Source: an uncultured Flavobacteriales bacterium (GTDB taxonomy: Bacteria > Bacteroidota > Bacteroidia > Flavobacteriales > BACL11). Taken from it: 64,000 nt of DNA. This document shows, one piece after another, positions 18,524 through 28,247 of this stretch; the first letter of the stretch is position 1; every line of letters begins with the position of its first letter. Made by a program: the position numbers and the translations under genes. The notes beneath the pieces are model-generated. The model was not told the DNA's origin, searched no databases, and saw nothing but the letters and a program-made list of their open reading frames with translations. The stretch is from assembly GCA_949372805.1 (NCBI GenBank), contig CASIBH010000013.1:14342-78341 (forward strand). Reading direction: 5' to 3'.

Positions 18524-21286
18524 ATGGATTATAATTTTACAGAAATAGAGAAAAAGTGGCAAAATCATTGGGCTAAAAATTTAACTAATCAGGTTAATGA
18601 ATTGTCAGAAAAAGAAAAATTTTATGTCCTTGATATGTTCCCATACCCATCCGGCTCTGGCCTTCATGTTGGTCACCCGCTAGGATATATTGCTTCAGAT
18701 ATATTTGCCAGATATAAAAAGCTTAAAGGTTTTAATGTTCTTCATCCAATGGGGTATGATTCATTTGGCTTGCCAACTGAGCAGTATGCTATACAGACAG
18801 GAATTCACCCTGAGCAGGCAACAGAAATTAATACTAAAAGATATAGAGCTCAATTAGACAAGATTGGCTTTGCATTTGACTGGAGTAGGGAGATTCAAAC
18901 GTCCAATCCAAATTATTACAAATGGACTCAGTGGATTTTTAAACAATTTTTTAATTCTGCATATTGCACAAAAAAAAATAAGGCAGTAGATATTAATGAG
19001 CTTATTTCTTATTTTAACGAATATGGAAATCTTAACTGTACTTACTTCTGTGGAGAAGTCAATGATTTCACAAAAGATGATTGGGCTAGCTTCTCGATGG
19101 AAGCAAGGCAGGAAATCCTCTTACTCTATAGACTTGCTTTTTTATCTGAATCCATAGTTAATTGGTGTCCTGAGCTAGGAACTGTTTTGGCTAATGATGA
19201 GGTTAAGAATGGTTGTTCCGAAAGGGGTGGTTTTCCAGTTGAACAAAAAAAAATGAAGCAATGGTCTTTAAGAATTACTGCATATGCTGATCGCTTAAAT
19301 TCTGATTTAAATAGTCTTAATTGGTCAGATTCTTTAAAGGAGATGCAAAGAAATTGGATTGGAAAATCAAAAGGACTGATATTAAATTTTAATGTTTGTA
19401 ATTCAGATTATGATATTAAGGTGTTTACAACAAGAGGTGATACTGTTTTTGGTGTAAATTTTGTTGTTTTAGCTCCAGAGCATGAGCTTGTTCAGAAAAT
19501 TACTACCAAAGATGCAAAAGTAATGGTTGAGAAATATATTAACACAACTTCCCTTAGAAGCGAAAGAGAAAGACAGTCTGAAAAGAAAGTTAGCGGCGCG
19601 TTTACAGGAGCATTTGCTTTACATCCGTTAACAGGCGAAAAAGTTGCTATATGGATTTCTGACTATGTTCTTGTTTCTTATGGAACAGGTGCTGTAATGG
19701 CAGTGCCATGTGGGGATCAAAGAGATTGGCTTTTTGCAAATCATTTTAATATTGATATAATTAATATATTTAAAGATAAAGATATAAGTAATTCTGCCTA
19801 TGAAGGTAGAGATGCAATCATCGCTAATTCAAAATTTTTAGATGGCTTGAGTTGTGATGAGGCAATAAAAAAAATAAGCTTATATGTAAAAGAAAATAAA
19901 ATAGGTGATGAAAAAATAAACTTTCGATTAAGAGATGCTGTGTTTTCAAGACAAAGATATTGGGGAGAGCCTTTTCCTGTTTTTTATAAAAACTCATTAC
20001 CTTATATATTTGATGATGAGTCAATAGTTACATTGCCAATCATTGATAAATATTTACCCACAAAAGATGGAGAACCCCCTCTGGCAAGAGCAAAAAAAGA
20101 GGATTGGAGTGTTTATGACGGTGATGCTATGGATACTAATGTTATGCCAGGATGGGCAGGCTCTTCTTGGTATTTTTTGCGTTTTATGGATCCAAACAAC
20201 AAAGAGGAATTTGTGGCTAAAGCTAAGTCGGATTATTGGGGACAGGTAGATTTATATATAGGTGGGGCAGAGCATGCTGTTGGACATCTCCTTTATTCTC
20301 GTTTTTGGACAAAGTTTTTATATGATAAAAATCTCATTTCTTTTGACGAGCCATTTAAAAAGCTTATTAATCAAGGAATGATTCTAGGTAGATCTAATTT
20401 TGTTTATAGAATAAATAACACCAACACTTTTGTTACATATGGTTTAAAAGCTAATTATGAAACCACTGCTTTACATGTAGACATTAATATGGTTAATAAT
20501 GATATTTTAGATTTAGATAAATTTAAAAAATGGAGAAAAGAATTTTCCAATGCTAAATTTATATTAGAAAACAATATTTATGAATGTGGTTTTGAAATTG
20601 AGAAAATGTCCAAATCAAAATATAACACTCAAACACCAGATGAATTAATAGATAAATTTGGAGCAGATACTTTAAGGATATATGAAATGTTTTTAGGCCC
20701 TTTAGAGCAGTTTAAGCCCTGGAGTACAAAAGGAATTAATGGCGTTCATAATTTTTTAAAAAAGTTTTGGCGGTACATCCACGATGATGACAATCTAATA
20801 AGTTTGTCTGAAGATTTAGCTTCGAAAGAGTCATTCAAAACAATACATAAAACAATTAAGAAAGTTGAAGAAGATATAGAAAGATATTCTTTTAATACTG
20901 TAGTTAGCAATCTAATGATTTGTCTTAATGAGTTAATTGAACAAAAATGTAAAGACAAGAAAATATTCACACAATTTATTATTTTACTTTCTCCTTATGC
21001 TCCACATATTTCTGAAGAGATATGGCGTCATTTAGGATATGATTATTCAATTACAAAAGCTAAATTCCCTAATTTTGATTCTTCATATTTAGTTGAGAAA
21101 GAAATAAATTATCCCATTTCTTTTAATGGAAAAATGAGATTTAAATTGCAGTTTTCTGCAGAAGAAACTAGAGAAAATATTGAAAAAATAGTTTTATCTA
21201 ATAGTAAAACTATTCATTATTTGGAAGGAAACCCCATAAAAAAAGTAATTATTGTTGCTAAAAAAATTATTAATATTGTTTTCTAA
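18524..21286 (+). CDS. leuS: leucine--tRNA ligase
   Basis: HIGH-type motif (HVGHPLGY) and KMSKS (EKMSKSKYN). I use ATG 18524 rather than the TTG one codon upstream in the track. Confidence 0.95.
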   Translation: MDYNFTEIEKKWQNHWAKNLTNQVNELSEKEKFYVLDMFPYPSGSGLHVGHPLGYIASDIFARYKKLKGFNVLHPMGYDSFGLPTEQYAIQTGIHPEQATEINTKRYRAQLDKIGFAFDWSREIQTSNPNYYKWTQWIFKQFFNSAYCTKKNKAVDINELISYFNEYGNLNCTYFCGEVNDFTKDDWASFSMEARQEILLLYRLAFLSESIVNWCPELGTVLANDEVKNGCSERGGFPVEQKKMKQWSLRITAYADRLNSDLNSLNWSDSLKEMQRNWIGKSKGLILNFNVCNSDYDIKVFTTRGDTVFGVNFVVLAPEHELVQKITTKDAKVMVEKYINTTSLRSERERQSEKKVSGAFTGAFALHPLTGEKVAIWISDYVLVSYGTGAVMAVPCGDQRDWLFANHFNIDIINIFKDKDISNSAYEGRDAIIANSKFLDGLSCDEAIKKISLYVKENKIGDEKINFRLRDAVFSRQRYWGEPFPVFYKNSLPYIFDDESIVTLPIIDKYLPTKDGEPPLARAKKEDWSVYDGDAMDTNVMPGWAGSSWYFLRFMDPNNKEEFVAKAKSDYWGQVDLYIGGAEHAVGHLLYSRFWTKFLYDKNLISFDEPFKKLINQGMILGRSNFVYRINNTNTFVTYGLKANYETTALHVDINMVNNDILDLDKFKKWRKEFSNAKFILENNIYECGFEIEKMSKSKYNTQTPDELIDKFGADTLRIYEMFLGPLEQFKPWSTKGINGVHNFLKKFWRYIHDDDNLISLSEDLASKESFKTIHKTIKKVEEDIERYSFNTVVSNLMICLNELIEQKCKDKKIFTQFIILLSPYAPHISEEIWRHLGYDYSITKAKFPNFDSSYLVEKEINYPISFNGKMRFKLQFSAEETRENIEKIVLSNSKTIHYLEGNPIKKVIIVAKKIINIVF

Positions 21287-21294
21287 TAATTAAT

Positions 21295-22107
21295 TTGAAG
21301 AAGCAAATCAAATTTTTTGTTTTTAGTAATTTCTTTGTGGCTATTTGCGTTGCAGCGCTAACTTTATCTTCTCAATTTATATTTTCAGAGTTTAATTTTC
21401 AGATTGTCTGTTTTGCATTTTTCTCAACATTTCTCTCATATAATTTTCATAGTTTTTTCTCTCGTAATCGTATTGAAGGGTTTAGATTAACAACAATATT
21501 TAATCACTTTTCTAATCCAATGATTTTACTTTTGTTAATCTCTTTTATATTTAGTTTTTTATTATTTATTAAGTTTGAAAATATTACTCAATTTATTATT
21601 ATTATACTGTCACTAATAGTATTTTTTTATCCTTTTTTTCTTCGAGAGTTACCCTTTTTGAAAATATTTTTAATTGCGATATCATGGACAACTACCTCGG
21701 TTGTTATTTTACTATTTGAAAATAATGTCATAATAGATCAAAGTGTAATGCTTGCCTTTGTTAAAAGATTTTTATTTGTTTTAGCAATTACTATTCCATT
21801 TGATTTAAGAGATTATCGTTTTGACAGTGTTAAAATGAAAACTTTTCCGCATGTTTTTGGTTATAATGCTTCAAAAAAAATTGCAATAGGATTTTTAATA
21901 GTTTATTTAGGTATTTCTATTTTTGAATTTCTACAACTCGATCTCAAATTATCTTTTCTAGTGTCTTTTGTTTTGACTTTTGTTTACTCCTCTTATTTAA
22001 TTCTTATTACCTCTGAGAAAAAAAATAAATTATTTTTCTCACTTTTTGTTGAATCGGCCTCTATTTCTATTTTGTTTTTTTTAATAATTACTTCAATCTT
22101 TTTGTAA
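21295..22107 (+). CDS. UbiA-superfamily-like polytopic membrane protein (tentative)
   Basis: About 8 hydrophobic helices and a segment DLRDYRFDSVKMKTFPHVFG that resembles the second Asp-rich motif of UbiA prenyltransferases. There is no Asp in the first ~145 residues, so the first NxxxDxxxD motif is absent. TTG start. Confidence 0.4.
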   Translation: MKKQIKFFVFSNFFVAICVAALTLSSQFIFSEFNFQIVCFAFFSTFLSYNFHSFFSRNRIEGFRLTTIFNHFSNPMILLLLISFIFSFLLFIKFENITQFIIIILSLIVFFYPFFLRELPFLKIFLIAISWTTTSVVILLFENNVIIDQSVMLAFVKRFLFVLAITIPFDLRDYRFDSVKMKTFPHVFGYNASKKIAIGFLIVYLGISIFEFLQLDLKLSFLVSFVLTFVYSSYLILITSEKKNKLFFSLFVESASISILFFLIITSIFL

Positions 22108-22146
22108 AATATCTTCTTATATTTACTGAATATTTAAATAAATCTC

Positions 22147-23244
22147 ATGTCTGACAAAACCTCTTCAGTCCATTATATTGACTATCTTGATTTAGATAAA
22201 ATTTTAGATGCTCAAAACCCTTTGAGTACAAAAAATAATAATGAAGCTCATGAAGAGATGTTGTTTATTATTATACATCAAACATATGAATTATGGTTTA
22301 AGCAAATAATTCATGAGATTAATTCAATCATGGATTTATTTAAAAAACAGCAAATTGACGAAGAGAATGTTGGTTTAATTGTTGGTAGAATAGGTCGTGT
22401 TAACAAAATCCTTGAAGTATTAGTTAAGCAATTAGATATTCTTGAGACCATGACATCTCTTGATTTTTTAGAGTTCAGAAACTATCTTTCACCAGCCTCT
22501 GGCTTCCAATCTCATCAGTTTAGAAAACTCGAAGTAATGTTAGGACTAAAAATTGATAATCGTCATCAGTTTGGTGGATGCCCTTATCATAGTCAATTTG
22601 AAGGTGATAAGAAAAAGGAAATTCTTGAAATAGAGGATAACGTTTCATTATTTGATCTTGTAGAAAAGTGGCTTGAAAGAATACCATTTTTGGAGATGAA
22701 AGATTTTAATTTTATTGAAAAATATCAGAAAGCAGTATGGGATATGGTTAGCAGTGAGATTAATGAGATAAATAGCTCGTTATTACTTAATGAAAATGAT
22801 AAGGCGATTCGTGTTAAGATGATTGAAGAAAATAGAAAATATTTTGAAAATGTGTTCAATAAAGAAAACCATCTTAAGGCTATAGATGACGGTACTACTA
22901 AGCTATCATATAAAGCAACTATGTCAGCATTATTGATAAATTTATATCGAGACCAGCCCATACTTCATCTTCCATACAGGTTTTTAAGAGAGTTAGTGGA
23001 AATGGATCATAAGATTGCATCTTGGAGATTTAGACATGTTCAAATGGTTGAGAAAATGCTTGGTCAAAAAATTGGTACCGGAGGATCTTCTGGTCAAGGA
23101 TATCTTAAAAAAACAGTTGATCAACATAGATTATTTGAAGATATTGCCAATATAGCAACACTGATGATTTCAAGAGTTTACCTTCCAGAACTTCCATCAA
23201 GTATAAAAAATGAACTAGGATATAATTTTACTAATAAAAAATAA
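22147..23244 (+). CDS. kynA: tryptophan 2,3-dioxygenase
   Basis: HEEMLFIIIHQTYELWFKQIIHE, SGFQSHQFRKLE and GTGGSSGQGYL motifs, characteristic of TDO. Confidence 0.9.
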   Translation: MSDKTSSVHYIDYLDLDKILDAQNPLSTKNNNEAHEEMLFIIIHQTYELWFKQIIHEINSIMDLFKKQQIDEENVGLIVGRIGRVNKILEVLVKQLDILETMTSLDFLEFRNYLSPASGFQSHQFRKLEVMLGLKIDNRHQFGGCPYHSQFEGDKKKEILEIEDNVSLFDLVEKWLERIPFLEMKDFNFIEKYQKAVWDMVSSEINEINSSLLLNENDKAIRVKMIEENRKYFENVFNKENHLKAIDDGTTKLSYKATMSALLINLYRDQPILHLPYRFLRELVEMDHKIASWRFRHVQMVEKMLGQKIGTGGSSGQGYLKKTVDQHRLFEDIANIATLMISRVYLPELPSSIKNELGYNFTNKK

Positions 23245-24021
23245 ATGGATTTAGGCTTAAAAAACAAGAATGCAATTGTTTGTGGAAGCACACAGGGAAT
23301 TGGAGAGGCTACTGCACAAGAATTAGCAAGACAGGGTGCAAATATTACTTTAGTTGCCAGAAATAAGGATGTTTTAAGTAATGTTTTAGAATCACTTGAT
23401 AAATCTTTGGGACAGAGTCATCGTTTTGTTTGTATTGATTTTAGTGCAGATAATTTTCTAGAAAAGATTCAAGCCTTAGATCAATCTTATGATATTTTAA
23501 TAAATAATACTGGAGGCCCTGCAGGAGGACCAATTATAGATGCCAAGCCACAAGCTTTTCTAGATGCATTTAAAATGCATTTAATAAATAACCAGCTTTT
23601 AGTTTCACATGTTGTACAGTCGATGAAAGTAAAAAATTTTGGTAGAATTATTAATGTTATTTCTACCTCTGTTAAAGCGCCAATTCAAGGTCTGGGAGTA
23701 TCCAATACTATAAGAGCTGCTGTAGCTAATTGGGCTAAAACATTATCACTTGAACTTGGCCCTTTTGGAATAACCGTTAATAATGTCCTGCCTGGTTTTA
23801 CAAATACAAATAGACTAACTTCAATTATTCAAAGAAAAGCTAATGAGCAATCTAAATCAATTGATGATGTCTCTAAGGCAATGCAAAGCTCTGTGCCAGC
23901 TAGAAGGTTTGGAGAGTCTCACGAAGTAGCAAATGCTGTAGCTTTTCTAAGTTCAGTTGGAGCGAGTTATATTAATGGAATAAATCTACCTGTTGATGGT
24001 GGTAGAACAGCAAGCTTATAA
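23245..24021 (+). CDS. atypical short-chain dehydrogenase/reductase (catalytic YxxxK replaced by SxxxR)
   Basis: Rossmann motif CGSTQGIG, NNTGG, and PG after the active-site region. By hand alignment to FabG, the canonical Y and K positions read S-N-T-I-R. No YxxxK exists in the expected region. Confidence 0.8.
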   Translation: MDLGLKNKNAIVCGSTQGIGEATAQELARQGANITLVARNKDVLSNVLESLDKSLGQSHRFVCIDFSADNFLEKIQALDQSYDILINNTGGPAGGPIIDAKPQAFLDAFKMHLINNQLLVSHVVQSMKVKNFGRIINVISTSVKAPIQGLGVSNTIRAAVANWAKTLSLELGPFGITVNNVLPGFTNTNRLTSIIQRKANEQSKSIDDVSKAMQSSVPARRFGESHEVANAVAFLSSVGASYINGINLPVDGGRTASL

Positions 24022-24024
24022 CAT

Positions 24025-25467
24025 ATGGAAAAAATATTAAATTATATTGATGGAGAAATGCGAGCACCATCTTCAAATAAATATATTAACAACTATAACC
24101 CCTCTAGTGGTCAGGTTTATTCGTTAATTGCTAATAGCAGTAAGAAAGATATTAATTCAGCAGTTGATTCTGCAAAACAAGCTTTTAATGATTGGAGTAC
24201 AAGCTCAAAAAAATTCAGACATGATGTGCTTATGAGTATTGCTGATAAAATTGAAGAAAATTTTGAAGCATTAGTAGTTGCAGAAAGTTTAGATAATGGT
24301 AAAACAGAAAGTTTAGCTCGAAGAGTTGATATACCAAGAGCTTCAGAAAATTTTCGGTTTTTTGCAACAGCTATACTACACTTTTCTTCTGAAACTCATG
24401 ATATGGATGGCAAGGCATTAAACTATACTTTAAGAGAACCAGTTGGTGTTTGTGCTTGTATTTCTCCTTGGAATTTACCTTTGTATTTACTCACTTGGAA
24501 GATCGCTCCTGCTCTTGCGGCAGGTAATACTGTGGTTGCTAAACCTTCAGAGATAACTCCTATGACTGCATACTTATTAAGTAAAATATGTATTGAAGCA
24601 GGTGTGCCCAAAGGCGTTTTAAACATTGTTCATGGATTAGGTTCTGAGATTGGTGATAATTTAACTACTCACCCTGACGTACCTATTGTTTCTTTTACTG
24701 GAGGGACATTAACTGGTCAACATATTGCAAAAGTAACCGCTCCTATGTTTAAGAAACTATCTCTTGAGCTAGGAGGTAAAAACCCAAATATTGTTTTTGA
24801 TGATGCAGATTTTGAAAAATCTGTATCAATGGCTGTTAAAGCCGGTTTTTCTAACCAAGGACAAATATGTCTATGTGGATCAAGATTATTTGTTCAGGAA
24901 ACTATTTATGAAAAATTTAAAATTGCCTTACTTGAAAAAATATCTGAGCTAGCGGTTGGGAGTCCTCTCGATAATAAAACAGATATTGGGGCTGTTGTGT
25001 CGCATGAGCATATGACAAAAATATTGTCAAAAATAGGAGAAGCTGAAGAGCTTGGTGGAAAGATTTTATGCGGAGGTAAAAGAAAAATATTGGCAGGAAA
25101 TTTAAAGGGAGGATATTATCTAGAGCCCACTGTTATAGAAGGTTTAAGCTATGATTGTAGTATAAATCAAGAAGAAATTTTTGGCCCTGTATTAAGTTTA
25201 TTACCATTTAAAAGTGAAGAAGAGGTTATCATGATGGCAAATTCTACAAAATATGGTTTATCAGCAAGTATTTTTACTAATGATATTAGTAGAGGACATA
25301 GAGTCGCTGCAAAAATAAAGGCTGGAGTTGTTTGGGTAAATACTTGGCTTTTAAGAGATCTTAGAATCCCATTTGGCGGCATGAAACAATCTGGTATTGG
25401 TAGAGAAGGAGGGTTTAAGTCTTTACAGTTTTTTACAGAGCCAAAAAATGTATGTATTAAAATATAA
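24025..25467 (+). CDS. NAD-dependent aldehyde dehydrogenase, probable 2-aminomuconate-6-semialdehyde dehydrogenase
   Basis: ALDH motifs ELGGKNP and the catalytic Cys in GQICLCGSR. The specific role is inferred from its position between kynurenine-pathway genes. Confidence 0.8.
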   Translation: MEKILNYIDGEMRAPSSNKYINNYNPSSGQVYSLIANSSKKDINSAVDSAKQAFNDWSTSSKKFRHDVLMSIADKIEENFEALVVAESLDNGKTESLARRVDIPRASENFRFFATAILHFSSETHDMDGKALNYTLREPVGVCACISPWNLPLYLLTWKIAPALAAGNTVVAKPSEITPMTAYLLSKICIEAGVPKGVLNIVHGLGSEIGDNLTTHPDVPIVSFTGGTLTGQHIAKVTAPMFKKLSLELGGKNPNIVFDDADFEKSVSMAVKAGFSNQGQICLCGSRLFVQETIYEKFKIALLEKISELAVGSPLDNKTDIGAVVSHEHMTKILSKIGEAEELGGKILCGGKRKILAGNLKGGYYLEPTVIEGLSYDCSINQEEIFGPVLSLLPFKSEEEVIMMANSTKYGLSASIFTNDISRGHRVAAKIKAGVVWVNTWLLRDLRIPFGGMKQSGIGREGGFKSLQFFTEPKNVCIKI

Positions 25468-25470
25468 AAT

Positions 25471-25887
25471 ATGAATGGTAAAAAATTTAATAGCTCAAGA
25501 GCACCTCTAGCAGTTGGTCTTTATCCACACGCCAGACAGGTAGGTGATTTATTGTTTCTATCTGGTGTAGGCCCCAGAGTTCCTGACTCCAAAGATATTC
25601 CTGGAGTTACTTTAGATGATAATGGCTTAATTGTAAATTATGATATTGCCAAGCAATGTCATTCTGTATTTACAAATATTCGATATATTTTAGAAGATGC
25701 TGGATCATCATGGAATAATATTATTGATGTTCAGGTGTTTTTAACCAATATGAAGGATGACTTCTCTACATATAATAAAATTTATGCTGAATATTTTAAG
25801 GAAAATCAACCATGTAGAACAACTATTGAGATCAAAAGTTTGCCTACGCCCATTGCAATAGAATTAAAAATTATAGCAACAATTTAA
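25471..25887 (+). CDS. RidA/YjgF family protein, probable 2-aminomuconate deaminase
   Basis: 138 aa with RidA-type sequence (LFLSGVGP ... VQVFLTNM ... CRTTIE). Known 2-aminomuconate deaminases (AmnD type) belong to this family. Confidence 0.75.
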   Translation: MNGKKFNSSRAPLAVGLYPHARQVGDLLFLSGVGPRVPDSKDIPGVTLDDNGLIVNYDIAKQCHSVFTNIRYILEDAGSSWNNIIDVQVFLTNMKDDFSTYNKIYAEYFKENQPCRTTIEIKSLPTPIAIELKIIATI

Positions 25888-25899
25888 TAAATAGAAATT

Positions 25900-26430
25900 A
25901 TGAATACAATACGAAGACCTTTTAACTTTAAAAAATGGATTGATGATAACCAAGAATTTCTAAAACCTCCTATTGGAAATAAATGTGTTTATACAGAATC
26001 AGAAGATTTTATTATCATGGTAGTAGGAGGTCCAAATGTTAGAAAAGATTATCATTATAATGAAACTGAAGAGTTTTATTATCAGATTAAAGGAGATATA
26101 GTTGTAGGGATTCAGGAAAATGGAATTGCTGTTGATATTCCTGTTAAAGAAGGAGAGATTTTTCTTCTGCCCGCCAAAGTACCACACTCACCAAAAAGAA
26201 GTGCAGGCTCTATTGGATTGGTGATTGAGGCAAAAAGAAAAACAAATGAGATGGATGGATTGATGTGGTTCTGTGAAAATTGTAATGAGTCAATACATAG
26301 TACCAAATTTAAACTTACTAATGTTGAGAAAGATTTTCAGCCAAGATTTAAAGAGTTTTATAATTCAGAAGACTTAAGAACATGTAAAAAATGTAATAGT
26401 GTAATGCAGGCTGATAAGAGGTTTTTATAA
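25900..26430 (+). CDS. nbaC: 3-hydroxyanthranilate 3,4-dioxygenase
   Basis: Cupin core (DYHYNETEEFYYQIKGD ... LLPAKVPHSPKR) plus a C-terminal rubredoxin-like CxxC...CxxC (CENCN ... CKKCN). Confidence 0.9.
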   Translation: MNTIRRPFNFKKWIDDNQEFLKPPIGNKCVYTESEDFIIMVVGGPNVRKDYHYNETEEFYYQIKGDIVVGIQENGIAVDIPVKEGEIFLLPAKVPHSPKRSAGSIGLVIEAKRKTNEMDGLMWFCENCNESIHSTKFKLTNVEKDFQPRFKEFYNSEDLRTCKKCNSVMQADKRFL

Positions 26431-27447
26431 ATGAAGAAGATATTTACAATTGATATCCACACTCATATTCTTCCTAAGAATATTCCGAATTTTAGTAAAA
26501 AATTTGGATATGGAGAATTCATTAATCTTGAACACCACAAACCTTGTTGTGCAAAAATGATGATGAATGATCAGTTTTTTAGAGAAGTAGATGAGAATTG
26601 CTGGTCCCCATCTGCTAGAATTAAAGAATGTGATCATCATAATGTTGATGTACAGGTTTTATCCACTGTTCCCGTAATGTTTTCATATTGGACTAAACCA
26701 AAAGATGGTTTAGAGATTTCTAAATTCATTAATGATGATCTTATTGAATCAGTTTCAAAGAATCCTAAAAGATTTGTTGGGCTTGGGAACCTACCTATGC
26801 AAAGTACAGATTTAGCTATTAAAGAATTAGAAAGATTAAAATCTATTGGTTTTAAAGGTATACAAATAGGCTCACATATTAATGATTTGAATTTAGATGA
26901 TCCATCTTTTTTCCCTATTTATGAAGCTTGTGAAAGTTTAGATATGGCAATTTTTGTTCATCCCTGGTGGTGGATGGCTAAAGAAAAAATGGATAAATAC
27001 TGGTTGCCATGGCTTGTTGGAATGCCAATGGAAACTTCTTTAGCAATTTGCTCTATGATTTTCAGTGGTGTATTTCAGAAATTCCCCAAATTAAGAGTAG
27101 CCTTTGCTCACGGAGGCGGTTCTTTTCCTTCTACAATTGGAAGAATTGAGCATGGATTTAATGTGAGGCCAGATCTTGTAGCAGTAGACAATAATGTAAA
27201 CCCAAGAGATTATTTAGGACAGTTTTGGTTAGATAGTCTTGTCCATGATGATAAAATGTTAGAATATATTATTGAACTTGTCGGAGAAGATAAAGTTGCA
27301 CTTGGAACTGATTATCCATTTCCGCTTGGTGAATTATCTCCGGGAAAATTAATTCATGACAGGCCTTATCCTAATAATGTAAAAGAGAAATTACTTTCCA
27401 ATAATGCTTTAGATTGGCTAAATATGAAAAAAGAAGATTTTATTTAA
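26431..27447 (+). CDS. 2-amino-3-carboxymuconate-6-semialdehyde decarboxylase (amidohydrolase_2)
   Basis: IDIHTHILP metal motif, AFAHGGGSFP and GTDYPFPLGE, as in ACMSD. Confidence 0.85.
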   Translation: MKKIFTIDIHTHILPKNIPNFSKKFGYGEFINLEHHKPCCAKMMMNDQFFREVDENCWSPSARIKECDHHNVDVQVLSTVPVMFSYWTKPKDGLEISKFINDDLIESVSKNPKRFVGLGNLPMQSTDLAIKELERLKSIGFKGIQIGSHINDLNLDDPSFFPIYEACESLDMAIFVHPWWWMAKEKMDKYWLPWLVGMPMETSLAICSMIFSGVFQKFPKLRVAFAHGGGSFPSTIGRIEHGFNVRPDLVAVDNNVNPRDYLGQFWLDSLVHDDKMLEYIIELVGEDKVALGTDYPFPLGELSPGKLIHDRPYPNNVKEKLLSNNALDWLNMKKEDFI

Positions 27448-28247
27448 TGAATGCTAATCTAACTATTGGGACTTGTGATTATTACGTTGACTTTACACTC
27501 TCAAACGATTTGTCAATTCCTTTAAATTTTAATGGAAATCAGCCTAACACCTATGGAGTAGATTTTGCAACTTCAAAGCCTTATACTGACGATCAATTTA
27601 TTGGAGATAGAAGAAAAGGTGGCCCTTGTAATTTTGAAGTATATACATTAACCCCTCACTGCAATGGAACTCATACAGAATGTATTGGACATATTACAGA
27701 AGAAAGAATATCAATTTTAAATTCACTAAGAGATGTAATGATAGCTAGCTCTTTGATCACAGTTTCTCCAAGTATTACTAATGAGTCATATGTGCCAGAC
27801 ATCAATAGTGATGATCTTGTTATTACCAAAAAAGAACTTTTTAATAAACTTGAAAATGTACCATCAGCCTTACTTAAAGGATTAATAATTAGGACTAGTC
27901 CAAATAAGAAAAACAAAAAATCTCAAGATTATATGAAATTACCTCCTGCTTTTTTTAGCCTTGAGGCTATGCAGTATATAGTAAGTAAAGGGGTAGAACA
28001 TTTATTAGTTGACACTCCTTCTGTAGATAGGTTATTTGATGATGGAAACCTTTCTGCACATAATACTTTCTGGGATACTAATAAAAAAATATATAACCCA
28101 CATACTAAACATAAAACTATCACAGAAATGATTTTTGTTGACAATAATATTTCTGATGGCAGTTATCTTTTAAATTTACAAATACCTGCATTTGTTGCAG
28201 ATGCTGCTCCAAGTCGTCCAATAATATTTAAGTTAAATGACATATAA
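27447..28247 (+). CDS. cyclase-family protein, divergent kynurenine formamidase candidate
   Basis: HCNGTHTECIGH resembles the cyclase/KynB HxGTHxDxPxH motif, with one extra residue and Glu in place of Asp. LLVDTPSVD resembles the second family motif. The start is moved to the ATG in TAATG overlapping the ACMSD stop. Confidence 0.6.
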   Translation: MNANLTIGTCDYYVDFTLSNDLSIPLNFNGNQPNTYGVDFATSKPYTDDQFIGDRRKGGPCNFEVYTLTPHCNGTHTECIGHITEERISILNSLRDVMIASSLITVSPSITNESYVPDINSDDLVITKKELFNKLENVPSALLKGLIIRTSPNKKNKKSQDYMKLPPAFFSLEAMQYIVSKGVEHLLVDTPSVDRLFDDGNLSAHNTFWDTNKKIYNPHTKHKTITEMIFVDNNISDGSYLLNLQIPAFVADAAPSRPIIFKLNDI

